DNA from: Balamuthia mandrillaris
Lineage: Eukaryota
Direction of reading: 5' to 3'
NCBI GenBank assembly: GCA_031835245.2
Contig: JAVKOQ020000069.1
Coordinates: forward strand, 1-64,000
DNA: 64,000 nt
Of the stretch, positions 61,871 through 64,000 are shown piece by piece. Under the pieces are notes generated by a model. It searched no databases, had not been told where the DNA came from, and saw only the letters and a list, made by a program, of their open reading frames with translations. Both the position numbers and the translations under genes were made by a program. Positions within the stretch are counted from its first letter, which is position 1; each line of letters begins with the position of its first letter.

Positions 61871-62728
61871 CTATTGTTGCTGCGCTATGGGAGACGGCCT
61901 CACCAGAGGGATGCAGACGGCGTCCTTGCCCTGCGTCTGCACCCAGGCGCCGTGCTTCGGGTCCACCACCCAGCTCCCCTTGTGCGTTCTGCCCTCCACC
62001 ACAAGCAGCGACTCTTGGGCCTGTTCTGCTCGTTCTGCTCGTTTGTCGCTTTGCTCCTTCTTGATGGCAATGGGCACTTGGAGCCTCGTCTCCGCCTCCC
62101 ACACCAAAAAGTGGTATCGCAGCAAGGCGTCGAACCAGTTCTGTGTCTGGTGTTCCGGTTGTTGGGGTTGTTCCGTTGGGGGCGGTTGCTCTCGAGGACG
62201 GTACCTCCAAGCGGTAGAGTGCTTGGGGCTCATGGTCGTAGCGCCGCTGCTCCACTGCAACGTGAGCTTATTATTAGCCCCTTGCGAAGATGAGGGCAGG
62301 AAGTGGGAGCGCAAGGGAGTGTTGGAGCCTCCGTTGAGCTGACGTTGCAACTCCGCAAGGGCCTCGAGGCCATGCTCGTTCCAGAGGGAGCTGCAGTCGC
62401 CCTGGGTCTTTCTCCAGTTGGCGTAGGTTTCCAGCGAGTCCAAAGCGCCTTTGGCGAAGACAACCCCCAACAGCATGTACTTCACGGCCTCGAGCGCTCG
62501 CTTCGGCTTTGTTTGCGGTTGTGGTCGGCTCTCCTCTTTGGCAGCAGAACAAAACGAGCGACGGCTCTGCAGTCTCCAACCTTCCACAACCATGCACAAA
62601 AGTTCAGCGAGGCGCCACACACGCATAACGCAGGGAGAAGAACCAACAACGAACCATCGCAACCCCTTTGCCGCAGAGACATCACCCTTCCAAGGCGAGG
62701 GAAGCCCTTGCAAGAGAGACCACCGCAT
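61871..62728 (-). CDS. Hypothetical protein, probably mitochondrial inner membrane (one TM)
   Basis: Single-exon 285-aa ORF with an RRSFCS presequence-like cleavage motif and one hydrophobic segment (YMLLGVVFAKGAL). Confidence 0.55.
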   Translation of the reverse strand: MRWSLLQGLPSPWKGDVSAAKGLRWFVVGSSPCVMRVWRLAELLCMVVEGWRLQSRRSFCSAAKEESRPQPQTKPKRALEAVKYMLLGVVFAKGALDSLETYANWRKTQGDCSSLWNEHGLEALAELQRQLNGGSNTPLRSHFLPSSSQGANNKLTLQWSSGATTMSPKHSTAWRYRPREQPPPTEQPQQPEHQTQNWFDALLRYHFLVWEAETRLQVPIAIKKEQSDKRAERAEQAQESLLVVEGRTHKGSWVVDPKHGAWVQTQGKDAVCIPLVRPSPIAQQQ

Positions 62729-62880
62729 CCACTTGGCCGCATTTCTCCGAGTTGCAACTTTCTTTCTGTCTTGTGCAGCGGCTGCCTGCTCTTCTTTTGT
62801 GACACACCGTGTTTTCTTGGAAAAAGAAAGTCAGAGAGGAGAGCAATGCCTTCTTTTGTAGGTATTGATGGTTGCTTGCT

Positions 62881-64000
62881 TCAAGCATAAAACTCTTCAA
62901 GCTCCTTGGGCACATCGTCCAGGTCTACAATGCGATGCGTGAGCCGAAACGGCTCTCTTCTCATCTGCTCCAACATTCCTTGCTCCAGCTGAGCCACCGC
63001 ATCAGCTCTTTCATCCGTTTGTTTTCTTTCGCGGCAAGCGTCCACCAAGGAGGCCAACATGTCTTGATCCGGCTTCATGCCGTGCGCTCTCATGGTGGCC
63101 AACACTTGCATGCCCTCCTCCACCTTTCCCCAACGAGCACAGGCCCTGAAGACCCGCTGCAACGTCCCTCTTTGAGGCAAACGGCTGTTCTTTGGCTGCG
63201 CGGTCATCTCCTTGAGTGCTGCTAGCGTGTGCTCAAAGTCTCCGTGACTGCTGCAAACGCGAATGAAAGCATCGTAGATGGGGGTATCTAGTTCCAATCC
63301 CGCGTGTCTCATGGCATTCCAAACGCCTAAAGCTCGATCCAACAGAGGGTGAGCATCGCCTTCGTCTTCTTCTTGCGCTTCACAAGCAAGAAGTAACGTG
63401 CGGTAGGTCAGCGAGTCGGGCTCCACTGCCTCCTTCTTCATTCGCTCCAGCATTCCAAAGCTTCGATCCACCACCTCCTTTTGCTTCTTCGTTTTGTTGT
63501 TGAAGACGAGCTCTTGCAAAAGAATGTTGAAGGTGGCTACGTCTGGTTTTAATCCTCGTTGCTTGATCGTGTCAAAGACTTGTTCCTGACGAGCCAAGTC
63601 ACCGTTGGCAGCAGCCAACCTCATCAAGGTGTTGAAAGCCACAAGGTTGGGCTTCACTCCAGCTGCCTCCATTCGTTGCAGGGCCTGAAAGGCTTTGTCA
63701 ACGTCTTTGGCCTCCACGCAGCTATCCAACAGCACAGTGTAGGTCACGATGCCAGGCTTCACTCCTTCAGCTTGTAACAGGTCTAACACCCCGAATGCTT
63801 GGTCCAAGTATTGTTGCTCGCTTCGTTCTACTTCGTTCGTTTTGTTGCTGCTTGAAGAAGAAGAAGAAGAAGAAGAAGAAGAAGAAGAAGAACAAGAAGA
63901 ACAAGAACAAGAAGAACAAGAATCAGGGGAAGAAGATCTGCCACAAGCCCGAATGAGATGGAGAAAGGTGAGCATGTCGGGCTTGACGCCAAGTTCCTTG
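62881..64000 (-). CDS. Pentatricopeptide repeat (P-class PPR) protein, 3' part
   Basis: Tandem 35-aa repeats (GVKPGIVTYTVLLDSC, GVKPNLVAFNTLM, GLKPDVATFNILL, EPDSLTYRTLL). The frame continues past the window end. Confidence 0.93.
   Translation of the reverse strand, partial: KELGVKPDMLTFLHLIRACGRSSSPDSCSSCSCSSCSSSSSSSSSSSSSSSNKTNEVERSEQQYLDQAFGVLDLLQAEGVKPGIVTYTVLLDSCVEAKDVDKAFQALQRMEAAGVKPNLVAFNTLMRLAAANGDLARQEQVFDTIKQRGLKPDVATFNILLQELVFNNKTKKQKEVVDRSFGMLERMKKEAVEPDSLTYRTLLLACEAQEEDEGDAHPLLDRALGVWNAMRHAGLELDTPIYDAFIRVCSSHGDFEHTLAALKEMTAQPKNSRLPQRGTLQRVFRACARWGKVEEGMQVLATMRAHGMKPDQDMLASLVDACRERKQTDERADAVAQLEQGMLEQMRREPFRLTHRIVDLDDVPKELEEFYA

Overview
Gene-dense, intron-rich eukaryotic nuclear DNA. 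The gene repertoire (Frizzled/Smoothened-like GPCR, HRDLAARN receptor kinase, [16 protein letters not shown] actin) and the pyrimidine microsatellites in introns suggest a free-living amoebozoan (Acanthamoeba/Balamuthia-like); this is inference, not verified. I can support about 33 protein-coding loci, including PEX12, FCP1, AAR2, cytosolic LeuRS, DCTN5, NBS1, PCD, WrbA, Rac, a mitochondrial carrier and a PPR protein. There is also a tRNA-Gly(GCC), three intronic C/D snoRNA copies and one poly(A)-tailed retroposon with a target-site duplication. Most notable: (1) a protein whose N- and C-termini match ICE1, the scaffold of the Little Elongation Complex, which I know only from animals, here with an extra SAP domain; (2) a CENP-A-like histone that keeps a canonical H3 tail motif; (3) three snR58/SNORD104-like snoRNAs in LeuRS introns with a non-canonical C box; (4) an approximately 1.05 kb structured non-autonomous retroposon in the histone's promoter; (5) a secreted PAI-like fatty-acid isomerase; (6) a pair of mitochondrion-targeted CsbD-repeat proteins; (7) an actin copy with an 11-nt frameshift beside a degenerate Ras; (8) a recurrent TGTCGACA promoter palindrome. 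All family calls rest on motif recognition from memory, and exon boundaries were placed by hand.
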